DNA of 33,681 nt, taken from contig JAGTQC010000010.1 of the NCBI GenBank assembly GCA_018396535.1, forward strand, positions 1-33,681. Reading direction: 5' to 3'. Under the pieces are notes generated by a model. It saw nothing but the letters and a program-made list of their open reading frames with translations. It was not told the DNA's origin and did no database searches. A program made the position numbers and the translations under genes. This document shows, one piece after another, positions 1 to 8,776 of the stretch. This stretch comes from Candidatus Bathyarchaeota archaeon. Its GTDB lineage: Archaea; Thermoproteota; CALKCG01; B24; DRYS01. Each line of letters begins with the position of its first letter. Positions within the stretch are counted from its first letter, which is position 1.

Positions 1-327
1 GGGTGGAGGGGGAGGAGGGCTAGGGCTATGGAGCTTCTAGAATACTTCGATCTATCACATCTAGCTTACCGTATGCCTAATACTCTCAGCGGTGGGGAGA
101 GGCAGCGTGTAGCTATAGTGAGGGCTTTGGTGAATAATCCTAGGCTAGTACTAGCTGATGAACCTACTTCTAGTCTAGATGATGAGAATGCTAGGCTAGT
201 TTTAAACCTATTGGAGGAGGCTAATAGAATGGGGGCTACGGTGGTAGTAACCACTACAGATCTAAGCGAGAAGATGCCGTCTGATAGGGATTATATACTT
301 AGGGATGGTGTGCTAGTTAGGATGTAA
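1..327 (+). CDS. ABC transporter ATP-binding protein, LolD/FtsE/MacB-like; 5'-truncated by window edge
   Basis: Frame is open from base 1 (GWRGRRARAM...). Signature LSGGERQRVAIVRAL and Walker B/D-loop VLADEPTSSLD are present. The H-loop reads VVVTTTD with no His. Confidence 0.9.
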   Translation, partial: GWRGRRARAMELLEYFDLSHLAYRMPNTLSGGERQRVAIVRALVNNPRLVLADEPTSSLDDENARLVLNLLEEANRMGATVVVTTTDLSEKMPSDRDYILRDGVLVRM

Positions 328-344
328 TTTATGGATTCATAGAC

Positions 345-1442
345 CTAGGTTAATTCTAGGTGTAGCTGTATAACCTCTTCTAGCGATCTACATAGAGCTT
401 CTATATTCTCTAAAGGTACATCCGGGTATACATCTGCTACGAACATTAATCCTCCACTCCTAGATGCTATAGCTCTAACAGCTTCTTCTAGATGGGATCT
501 TATCTCTGAGGGTGTTCCGAATGGTAGGAGTTTCTGTCGATCTATATCTAGAGCTACGCATACCCTACCCCTACATATCCTAGCGATATTATCTAGACCG
601 TTAACCCTATCCTGTATATTCAATACGGAGATACCTGAATCCAGTAGCTGATCCATAACCTCTACTACATGTCCATCGCTATGTAGATAGACGTGTATAC
701 CCATACCTCTTAGGAATCCGAATATCCTACGATAGCTTGGATATATTAGCCGTCTAAACTTCTCCGGGCTTATAGGCATCCTATACTGCATACCTAGATC
801 ATCGCCGAAGTATACTATATCAGGCTTCAACCTAGCTATACGTCTAGCTAGCTCCATATAGTACTCTTCGAGTATACCTATAAGCTTGTACAGCCTCTCA
901 TCCTCTAAAGCTATATCCTTCATAAGCTCCTGGAAGCCTCTCAGATAGTATAGCCTCTGGAAGAAGAATCCGTGAGGCATGTTCACCCTCGCTAATCTAC
1001 CATCAATCCTAGCCGATCTTACAGAATCCTCTACTAGGCTCCACGGTATGGTAGATCCGCCTTCTACAGGTATACCTTCATCTGGATCTGGAGGGTTGAA
1101 ATCCTTCAACATACTCCAATCCCTGAGCGGATGCTCTACAACCTGGCCTTGGAGGCCGTCGGCTAGGAATAGCCATACGCAACCCCAGGGGTCTACGAAT
1201 CTATTACCTCTACGTCTTAAACCGAAATCATCGAATCTAACCGATCCCTTCTTGAAATCTGGGAATATCGATGGATGGCTAGCTAACAGATCTTCGAGAG
1301 CCTCCCTATACCTACTCCATGTAGCTTGGCTAAAGGATATGGAGCATGGTATCCACCATGGCCTACGCATCTCTATGCTACGTAGATAATTCTCCCTATA
1401 GATTCTAGGATCCCTGATATACTCTAGTAGGTTGTAATTCAT
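345..1442 (-). CDS. Uroporphyrinogen decarboxylase (URO-D)/MtaA-CmuA superfamily protein, function unassigned
   Basis: Motifs DPWGCVW, FQRLYYLRG, FGDDLGMQ, HSDG, DIDRQKLLPFGTP, PLENIEA. Lacks the UroD RQAGR motif and the MtaA HxC motif. Lies 7 nt downstream of tldE. Confidence 0.8.
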   Translation of the reverse strand: MNYNLLEYIRDPRIYRENYLRSIEMRRPWWIPCSISFSQATWSRYREALEDLLASHPSIFPDFKKGSVRFDDFGLRRRGNRFVDPWGCVWLFLADGLQGQVVEHPLRDWSMLKDFNPPDPDEGIPVEGGSTIPWSLVEDSVRSARIDGRLARVNMPHGFFFQRLYYLRGFQELMKDIALEDERLYKLIGILEEYYMELARRIARLKPDIVYFGDDLGMQYRMPISPEKFRRLIYPSYRRIFGFLRGMGIHVYLHSDGHVVEVMDQLLDSGISVLNIQDRVNGLDNIARICRGRVCVALDIDRQKLLPFGTPSEIRSHLEEAVRAIASRSGGLMFVADVYPDVPLENIEALCRSLEEVIQLHLELT

Positions 1443-1449
1443 AGCCTAG

Positions 1450-2778
1450 TCAACCGCTAACTCTAACACTATCCAAGGCTACTGCTGGAGCTACGGATGA
1501 TCTTAGAGCTACCTGATCCCTACCTACCAATAGTAGGTTTCTACCGAATGCTTCGTAGAAATCTGCTGTTATAACAGCTCCTTGAACAGGCTCCACCAGT
1601 TCTCCACCCCTTATCCTATATGCATGTGTAACCGTAGCCTGCATTAAACCTGATATAGGGTTGGATAGCCATTCACCTATAGTAGATACTATATAGTATC
1701 CCTCCCCAACCTCTCTTATCATCTCATCTATCGTCGAATCCCCAGGTTTAAGAACTAGCATATTAGGTGATGGTCTAGGGGTTGAGGATAGGCTTCTCCA
1801 AGCATTACCTGTAGATTCTCTACCATCTATGTAGGCTGTGTAGGTATCGTAGACGAAGCTTCTAAGTACACCCCTATCCACTATTATATTATTCCTCGTA
1901 GCTACACCTTCATCATCGAAGCTTCTAGCTCCAACCCATCTACCTACAGCTCCCTCATCTACTATAGTAACCTTATCTGAAAGTATGCTTTGACCTATCC
2001 TACCGGCTAGGGGTGATCTACCCTTCTGAACTGCTTCAGCAGATAAAGGCTGGGATAGCATAACATCTAGTATAGAACATACAACCTCTGGGTGCAGTAT
2101 TATCTTAGCTACACCCTCCTCCATACGCTTAGCTCCTAGGAATCTAGGAGCCTCAACCCCAGCTTCGAATCCTAATAGCCTAGCGTTTAATTCGCTTACT
2201 GAACGCGCTATCTTAAACCTAGTGAATGTAACAGATCCGCTATTCTTCTCAGCTTTAGCCGTTACGTATAGATCGACTATAGTCTCTATCCTAGATATAG
2301 CTCTACTATAGCTATTAGCTATAGAAACCTCTCTCACACCTATCTCGAAACCTCCACGTACAGGTTTAGATATACTAGAACCCTCGTATACGCCTTGTAT
2401 AGCTTCCGATGCTACCTCTACAGCATCTTCTAAACCCATACTAGCTGTCTTAGAGCAGAAGCAGTCCTCCACGCTAGATTTAGAGATGGATCTGGGTAGG
2501 GATACCCATCTATCATCTTCAGGTGTAGCTTTAGCTATAGATATAGCTGATCTGATAGCATCCTCTACGCTAGCTTTATCCACATCCTCTACACCTACTA
2601 CCGCTACCCTCCTACCTACAGCTACTCTTAAACCATAGCCTGATGTAGAATTCACTATCATAGATTCGAGCTTATCGGTAAACCTTACGATAATACTCTT
2701 AACTCTTCTAAAGTATACCTCAGCCTCCGATGCTCCTAAAACTTCAGCTTTGGAAACTAGATTCTCTAGATCTAGCAT
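1450..2778 (-). CDS. tldE: TldE/PmbA family protein (non-catalytic partner of TldD)
   Basis: AEVY N-terminus, SFDDEGV, GVLRSFVYD, STGNA. No HExxH. 3-nt gap after tldD. Confidence 0.9.
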   Translation of the reverse strand: MLDLENLVSKAEVLGASEAEVYFRRVKSIIVRFTDKLESMIVNSTSGYGLRVAVGRRVAVVGVEDVDKASVEDAIRSAISIAKATPEDDRWVSLPRSISKSSVEDCFCSKTASMGLEDAVEVASEAIQGVYEGSSISKPVRGGFEIGVREVSIANSYSRAISRIETIVDLYVTAKAEKNSGSVTFTRFKIARSVSELNARLLGFEAGVEAPRFLGAKRMEEGVAKIILHPEVVCSILDVMLSQPLSAEAVQKGRSPLAGRIGQSILSDKVTIVDEGAVGRWVGARSFDDEGVATRNNIIVDRGVLRSFVYDTYTAYIDGRESTGNAWRSLSSTPRPSPNMLVLKPGDSTIDEMIREVGEGYYIVSTIGEWLSNPISGLMQATVTHAYRIRGGELVEPVQGAVITADFYEAFGRNLLLVGRDQVALRSSVAPAVALDSVRVSG

Positions 2779-2781
2779 AGC

Positions 2782-4164
2782 CTAGCCTCCTCCTACGGAT
2801 ATCTGTTTAATCTTAACGTGAGGCCCGCCTCCGCCAACCCTAACCATCTGTCCATCCTTACCGCATCCACCGAAGACTGATGTCTCTACGGATAGATCGC
2901 ATCCTACAGCTTCCACACCCTTCAACGTTTCTAGGATTAAACCAGATACGACTGTACCCCTAACTAGTTCTGCAAGCTCACCCTTCCTGATCATGTAGGA
3001 TGGCCCTACCGAGAATGTGAACGATCCTGTACCAGGATCGACCTGACCCCCACCTGCACCCATACCCTTAACGTATATACCCTCATCTACATCTTCTATA
3101 AGTTCATCGAAGCTATAATCGCCAGGCTTCATGTAGAGGTTGGTCTGCCTAACTATAGGCTGGCTATGGAAATCCTGAGCTCTACCATTACCTGTAGGAT
3201 CTAGTTTAAGCTTTGATGCTGAAGCTAGATGTGTTAGAAAACCCTTCAATACACCATTATCTACAACCGTTACAGGCTTCTTCTCCACACCTTCATCATC
3301 GTATGGTACGTAGTATCCGCCTTCGATTAATCCATCATCTACTATACTCACATAGGGTGAAGCTATCGTTTCACCTAGCCTACCAGCTAGTATGGATGAA
3401 CCTGAAGCTACTAGATCCCCTTCGACAGCGTGACCGAAGGCTTCATGTATAACTAGACCTATAAGCTCTGGATCTACTATAGCCTTGTATAAACCTGCTC
3501 TAGGTGTACGAGCTTTAACAGATTCTATAGCAAGCCTACTTATACTACGAGTATAATCGCACCAATCCATACTGGATATGAACTCCCATCCTGAAACTCT
3601 GGATTTACTATCATAAACCCTTTCTAATCTACCAGCTTCGTATGCTACACTCATGTGGCCTAGACCTACTAGGAAGCATCCGACTTCGACTTCACATCCA
3701 TCTGTAGATACGGTGAGTCTACGATCATACTGTATACCTAGCCTGGTTGATGTAGATTTAACACCTTCTATCATAGATTCACGATTAGCAGATAAGACTA
3801 TGCTAACCTTATCCTCAGGTGTAGGATCTAGTGGATTAATCGAGAAGCCTGATCTAACCCTAACTCTAATAGGATTCTTAGATGATAACTCTACATCACC
3901 CTTCATACATCTAGCAGCTGATATAGCGTATTGAACAGTTTCATCTATACGTATCGGATCGTTGGTGGAGGCGAAGCCTATAGATCCATCTAGGAGGACT
4001 CTTAAACCAAGCCCTCTCCTAACCGTTCTAGAATATTCTTTGAGAGATCCGTTCTCTACGAGTATATACTCGTATACATACTCCTGGTATCTAGCATCTG
4101 CATAGCTTACCCCAGCTTTGGAAGCTTTATCTAGAGCTCTGTATACCGCATCTATCCAATCCAC
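2782..4164 (-). CDS. tldD: TldD metalloprotease
   Basis: YADAR, HEAFGH (HExxGH), YDDEGV, TGNGRA, PIVRQTN, GCGKDGQ..VGGGGPH. GTG start with upstream GGTGGAG. Confidence 0.93.
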   Translation of the reverse strand: MDWIDAVYRALDKASKAGVSYADARYQEYVYEYILVENGSLKEYSRTVRRGLGLRVLLDGSIGFASTNDPIRIDETVQYAISAARCMKGDVELSSKNPIRVRVRSGFSINPLDPTPEDKVSIVLSANRESMIEGVKSTSTRLGIQYDRRLTVSTDGCEVEVGCFLVGLGHMSVAYEAGRLERVYDSKSRVSGWEFISSMDWCDYTRSISRLAIESVKARTPRAGLYKAIVDPELIGLVIHEAFGHAVEGDLVASGSSILAGRLGETIASPYVSIVDDGLIEGGYYVPYDDEGVEKKPVTVVDNGVLKGFLTHLASASKLKLDPTGNGRAQDFHSQPIVRQTNLYMKPGDYSFDELIEDVDEGIYVKGMGAGGGQVDPGTGSFTFSVGPSYMIRKGELAELVRGTVVSGLILETLKGVEAVGCDLSVETSVFGGCGKDGQMVRVGGGGPHVKIKQISVGGG

Positions 4165-4223
4165 TTCCTACTCCACCGATAAGCTTAAACTATAAGCCAT
4201 AGGATTAAAACCTTACTATAGTC

Positions 4224-5198
4224 GTGGATAGGATCGTATACGTGGATAGGGATAGGTGTATCGATGTATCCTCTAGGATTAAAACTATAGGTGTGGTATA
4301 CCGTAGGATGCTGGATGGTGTACATGTAGATTTAGAGTATAAGCTACGCCTCCTCCTCTACTTCACGGCTATATGCTACGATACTAGACGTGTATGGGGT
4401 TATATAGATGGGGTATACTATCGTGGAAGCGACTATATATACCATGCTATGCTTAAGAAGCTTATGGAAGGCGAATTCTTCGATACAGATCGTATGAGGG
4501 AGTTAAGCTTAGAGGAGTTTGGACAGTGGTTTGAGGAGGGTGTATTAACGCGTATAGATGAAAGGTTGAAGTTTATCAGAGATACGGCTAGGATGCTTGA
4601 GTTATTCTATGATGGGATGGCTTCTAAGCTTATCGAGGAATCTGGTTATAGGCTATCTGGATCTGGGGGTTTTGTAGATAGATTATCTAGGTTTAAAGCA
4701 TTCTCAGATCCTCTAGCTAAGAAGATTATGGTGTTAGCATCCCTTATAGAATTCGAGGGGTTAGCATTCTTCAAGGATTCAGATAGTATGGAGGTAGGTG
4801 TAGATTATCATCTACAGAGGATAGCTTTGAGAACCGGTATGGTTAGAATAGCTGATAGAAGTTTATCGGAGAGGATAGCTAGAGGTAGATTCGTATCGAA
4901 GCCTATACACGACGCTATCAGAGGTAGCTGTCTCGAAGCTTATCGTATAATCATAGATGAAGCTGGGTTTAAACCTAGGGAGGTAGATGCTATATTCTGG
5001 AATCTAGGACGTAGCTGTTGTAGTATTAGAAGGCCATCCTGTAAGCCTCCATGCATACATAGCGATATATGTAGCTTCACGACGTCTACGACATACGAGT
5101 GTATGGGAGGCTGTATTCTAGGAGGTATATGCGAAGCATCTGGTAATCGAGATTTCATAAAGCTTAAGGAGCCTAGGTATAGGACATACTACTACTGA
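4224..5198 (+). CDS. HhH-GPD/queuosine-salvage-like (DUF2419-like) N-glycosylase with Cys-rich putative Fe-S tail
   Basis: SDPLAKK helix-hairpin-like segment, VDYHLQRIALRTG (compare EndoIII VDTH), EVDAIFWNLGRSCC, then 8 Cys (CC-x6-C-x3-C-x5-C-x9-C-x3-C-x5-C). Confidence 0.6.
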   Translation: MDRIVYVDRDRCIDVSSRIKTIGVVYRRMLDGVHVDLEYKLRLLLYFTAICYDTRRVWGYIDGVYYRGSDYIYHAMLKKLMEGEFFDTDRMRELSLEEFGQWFEEGVLTRIDERLKFIRDTARMLELFYDGMASKLIEESGYRLSGSGGFVDRLSRFKAFSDPLAKKIMVLASLIEFEGLAFFKDSDSMEVGVDYHLQRIALRTGMVRIADRSLSERIARGRFVSKPIHDAIRGSCLEAYRIIIDEAGFKPREVDAIFWNLGRSCCSIRRPSCKPPCIHSDICSFTTSTTYECMGGCILGGICEASGNRDFIKLKEPRYRTYYY

Positions 5199-5245
5199 TA
5201 TGTATAACTCTTATACCCTAGCATCCTTCATATAGTAGTTCTGGG

Positions 5246-6112
5246 ATGGAGGCTAGATCTCTACTAGCTATAAGTATAGGATTCAATATAGTCTTAACGC
5301 TACTATTAGCTATAACCGTAACGGAGAACTATATGCTTACAGAGAAGGTATCGAATCTTACGAGTGAGGTTAAAGTTCTTAGAGAGAATCTGAATATAAC
5401 ACAAACCCAGCTAGAATACTATCGAAGTATATCTAGGTATGTAGAGGGTGGTGAAGGGTTAGGTATACTACTAGCTTCTAGCACGGTTAACGTCGTAGCT
5501 GTTAGGATAGTGGAATCTAGCTATGGAGCTAGCTATGAGGGGGTTGTACTAGAGGTTAGGGTTGATCTTAGAGTTGGGAAGGGTGATGTATATGTGAATA
5601 CTAATCCTAGGATAGGTATAGATCTGCAATCGAGTGTTAGAACAGCGGTCGAGGTTTCTGGACGTCTACTAGGAGTTAACGTATCTAGGTATGATTACGT
5701 AGTCTATGTGAGGGGGGAGAGGGAGGTGGATGTAGTCGACGGGCCTAGCGCAGGTCTTGCTATAACTCTAGCAGTAATATCAGCTTTAGAAGGTAAACGT
5801 CTACCGAGTGGTGTTTATATGACGGGAACTATAAACCCGGATGGCTCTGTAGGGCAGGTTGGAGGTGTACTAGCTAAAGCTTTAGCTGCAGCTGAGCATG
5901 GAGCGAAGCTCTTCCTAGTACCTCCAGGACAATCTAAGGATACCATATGGGAGGTTAGAGAGGAGAGGAGGTTCATATTCACGATAAGATATCTAGTACC
6001 TAGGCAAGTAGATGTAGAATCCTATCTTAGGAGTATAGGATATAGTGTTAGAGTAGTGGAGGTTTCTAGTGTAGAACAGGCTTTAAAACTCGTTTATAAC
6101 GGTAGCTACTAG
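5246..6112 (+). CDS. Membrane-anchored archaeal S16 (Lon-like, COG1750-type) serine protease lacking an ATPase domain
   Basis: N-terminal TM helix, coiled coil, VDGPSAG (catalytic Ser), MTGTINPDGSVGQVGGVLAK (catalytic Lys), FLVPPGQ. Confidence 0.88.
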   Translation: MEARSLLAISIGFNIVLTLLLAITVTENYMLTEKVSNLTSEVKVLRENLNITQTQLEYYRSISRYVEGGEGLGILLASSTVNVVAVRIVESSYGASYEGVVLEVRVDLRVGKGDVYVNTNPRIGIDLQSSVRTAVEVSGRLLGVNVSRYDYVVYVRGEREVDVVDGPSAGLAITLAVISALEGKRLPSGVYMTGTINPDGSVGQVGGVLAKALAAAEHGAKLFLVPPGQSKDTIWEVREERRFIFTIRYLVPRQVDVESYLRSIGYSVRVVEVSSVEQALKLVYNGSY

Positions 6113-6209
6113 ATTCTACCATAATATGCTGTAGGATCTAAGTTAACTTTAATGCTAGCCTAGCATTATAGGCTTAATCTAGAGTAGATGTATACCTGGT
6201 CGATATGGG

Positions 6210-6773
6210 ATGCAGGCTGAGACTAGGGTTAAAGCATATCTTGTAGGTGATAGGCTTATAGTATGGGATCGTATAGGTGGATCAGAATTATACCGTAGAG
6301 GATTCTATGGTAGACCTGTAGGTGTAGGTAAACCTAGAGGTATGGATATAGATTCACCGCTAATACTTGATCTAGTCGAGGGATTACACCTTCTAGAAGA
6401 GGGGTTGATAGAAGTCTATGATCAGTATACGGGTAGATTTATAAATGTGGATGAGCTTAGAAGCCATGCTCGTAGTAGGATAGAGGATTTTGATCTAAAA
6501 TACATGGTGTATAAGGATCTGAGGAGTAGAGGCTATATAGTATCTACAGGTATAAAGTTTGGAAGCGATTTCGCTATATACAGGTATGGTCCAGGTATAG
6601 ATCATGCACCATACCTAGTACAAGTTAGGAAGTGTGATTATACTATAGATGCTACAGATATAGTTCGTGCTGGAAGGCTTGCTACAGCTGTTAGGAAGAG
6701 CTTCATAGTAGCTTTACCTAAGATCGAGGATAATAGGATATCCTATCTACTATTCAGATGGTTTAAAGTATGA
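6210..6773 (+). CDS. endA: tRNA-intron endonuclease, catalytic subunit
   Basis: VYKDLRSRGY, GIKFGSDFAIY (Tyr), PGIDHA (His), AVRK (Lys). N-terminal YGRPVGVGKP..SPL loop. Confidence 0.93.
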   Translation: MQAETRVKAYLVGDRLIVWDRIGGSELYRRGFYGRPVGVGKPRGMDIDSPLILDLVEGLHLLEEGLIEVYDQYTGRFINVDELRSHARSRIEDFDLKYMVYKDLRSRGYIVSTGIKFGSDFAIYRYGPGIDHAPYLVQVRKCDYTIDATDIVRAGRLATAVRKSFIVALPKIEDNRISYLLFRWFKV

Positions 6774-6863
6774 GTAGCATACCTTCCATCCATAGATACG
6801 ATTAAATACTTAGATTTAAAGGGTTAAAGGTTTAAATTCTGTAGATAGGAGATAGACTGAGGT

Positions 6864-7310
6864 TTGAGTAGCAGTAAAGTTTGGAGGAGAGAATGGTTTA
6901 AAGTAGATGAGTATGGTAATTTCGGAGAATATCTAGGGGAAACCTACGCACCTTTCGAATTCGATGATAATTGGGGTTTAGGTGAGGTTGCCTTCGGCAT
7001 CGAGGATGAGATAGGATTTAGAAGCTATGCTAGAATCGAGGTTAAGGAATCTGAAGTTTACAGATTTGAGTATGGATGCGATGATGGGGCTAGACTATAC
7101 GTATACCATGAGAAGGGGGGGTTAATCTATAGTAGAACTGATAGCTGGAAGCTTCAAAACTACACTTTATACGAATGTGAAGTCTACCTGGAGAGGGGGG
7201 TCTATACTATCAGATTGGATTGGTATAAGTGGGGTATGCTAGCTAGGATAAGTTTCAAAGTATCTAGAGGCGGTGAGTATATAAAGCCTATACCTATAGA
7301 GGGAGGGTAA
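6864..7310 (+). CDS. Stand-alone PA14-domain (beta-sandwich) protein
   Basis: FDDNWGLG, YRFEYGCDDGARLYV, W..Q, VYLERGVYTIRLDWY pattern typical of PA14. TTG start after AGGAGA. No signal peptide. Confidence 0.65.
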   Translation: MSSSKVWRREWFKVDEYGNFGEYLGETYAPFEFDDNWGLGEVAFGIEDEIGFRSYARIEVKESEVYRFEYGCDDGARLYVYHEKGGLIYSRTDSWKLQNYTLYECEVYLERGVYTIRLDWYKWGMLARISFKVSRGGEYIKPIPIEGG

Positions 7311-7350
7311 AGATAGGGGTAGGTTTACGGATTTATGTAGTATCGATCTT

Positions 7351-7506
7351 CTAGCCTACTTTTTCGACTACTCTCCATCTATAGCCGCAAGTGGGGCATT
7401 CGAATAGCCTTATATGGAGTTTAGGCCCCTTCCTACTCTTAGGTGATAAATCCCACTCCTTTACAGGATTCTTTACTTCAGTACCATCCTTCGGACAGTT
7501 CGGCAT
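7351..7506 (-). CDS. Cren7-like small basic chromatin protein with zinc-ribbon knuckles (51 aa; not in ORF track)
   Basis: Hand translation: MPNCPKDGTEVKNPVKEWDLSPKSRKGPKLHIRLFECPTCGYRWRVVEKVG*. The P-x-K-x-W-x-L-x-PK-x-RKG...I-x-LF-x-x-P-x-x-G-x-x-aromatic-R pattern matches Cren7. SD AGGTGA at 7512-7517 and TATA box at ~7543-7550. Confidence 0.82.
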   Translation of the reverse strand: MPNCPKDGTEVKNPVKEWDLSPKSRKGPKLHIRLFECPTCGYRWRVVEKVG

Positions 7507-7511
7507 AGCTT

Positions 7512-7550
7512 TCACCTATCATAATGGTTACTATGGTTTCCATATATAAG
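7512..7550 (-). promoter_or_regulatory. TATA box (CTTATATA) and SD (AGGTGA) of the Cren7-like gene
   Basis: + strand reads tatataag at 7543-7550 and tcacct at 7512-7517, about 37 and 5 nt upstream of the ATG at 7506. Confidence 0.65.
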
Positions 7551-7560
7551 GCTTTCCATA

Positions 7561-8751
7561 CTAATGATATAAAGTAAAACGTTTAATGTATTCAAGTGTA
7601 GACTTCAATCCGTCATAAACTGATGCAAACCTAGCTGCTTCCAGCACCCTATCCCTTAACTCACCATCCTCATAAAGATCCTTCAAAGCAGATGAAAACT
7701 TATCGAAATCTAGAGATTCCTGATCTAATACTATGGATAACCCCATCTCCTCCATACGCTTAGCATTCCCCATCTGCTCCGTATGATTTGGTGTAGGTAT
7801 AACTAGGGAGGGCTTACCATATAGTATAGCTTTAGATAGAGTGCCATGGCCTGCTCTACATACCACTATATCGCAAGCTTTAAGATACTCGTAGTATCTA
7901 TCTATCCACCCATAGATTTTAAACCCACCGTAATCCTCCAATAGCTTACCACTACTAGAATCACCTATACACATAACGATATCGTAGCTATCAGCTAGCT
8001 TCATGAATATAGGTTTAAGCTTCTCTACTAGCGGAGCCCTCTCCCTTCTAGGACCGCTTATAGGAGCGAATACTAGAGGTTTATCCAATCCTACACCTAG
8101 CATATTCCTCAACCTATCTACACCAGGTAGATCAGATGGTTTAACATCTACTATAGGTCCTACAAGCTTGACACGATCAGCATATATCTCTGGTATCTCT
8201 AGATTACCTAGCGATACCGTATACGGGTATGGATAGTCCGGTATTAGTATCAGATCGCTTAAACTCCATATAGCACCGATGAAGGCTATGCTACCAGTAT
8301 CTAAGAGTATAGCTAGTTTTCTAAATAGAGGCTTCTTCACAGGCGTTATTATCTTAAACTGGTTTAGTATAGTTATGCATGGTATATCGAGAATCCTAGC
8401 TGATAGAACGGTTGAAGCTCTAGTATCAGATAGTACTATATCTGGTTGGAAAAGCTGCATCATAGCGTATTCGAAGCCTACCTGCTTCACAAACCTAACG
8501 AAGGAGAGGAAGGGGCCTGGATTCACTATGGTTAGTTTGAAATCTACCGAGCCATCAGGCTTAACTTGGAAACCCATAGGTGGAGCTACCCTATACTTGA
8601 ACTTACCATAGCTACTCAAGAGTTGGAGAGCATCGCCGTAGGTTGATACAAATATATCGAAGCCGTTTCCATATAGATTCTCAGCGATAGGTAGACATCT
8701 ACCTATATGGCCGTAACCTATACCGCATACACCAAAGTATACTTTACTCAA
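7561..8751 (-). CDS. GT-B glycosyltransferase, MurG/MJ1255-like (GT28-like)
   Basis: GIGYGHIGRC, PDIVLSD, CDIVVCRAGHGTLS, GKPSLVIP..HTEQMGNA. Confidence 0.85.
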   Translation of the reverse strand: MSKVYFGVCGIGYGHIGRCLPIAENLYGNGFDIFVSTYGDALQLLSSYGKFKYRVAPPMGFQVKPDGSVDFKLTIVNPGPFLSFVRFVKQVGFEYAMMQLFQPDIVLSDTRASTVLSARILDIPCITILNQFKIITPVKKPLFRKLAILLDTGSIAFIGAIWSLSDLILIPDYPYPYTVSLGNLEIPEIYADRVKLVGPIVDVKPSDLPGVDRLRNMLGVGLDKPLVFAPISGPRRERAPLVEKLKPIFMKLADSYDIVMCIGDSSSGKLLEDYGGFKIYGWIDRYYEYLKACDIVVCRAGHGTLSKAILYGKPSLVIPTPNHTEQMGNAKRMEEMGLSIVLDQESLDFDKFSSALKDLYEDGELRDRVLEAARFASVYDGLKSTLEYIKRFTLYH

Positions 8752-8776
8752 TACGGCTAGCCCCCACTAACCCCTC

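Noticed and set aside
2163-2173. TTCGAATCC resembling a tRNA T-loop
   Set aside because: Inside the tldE coding sequence with no cloverleaf stems.
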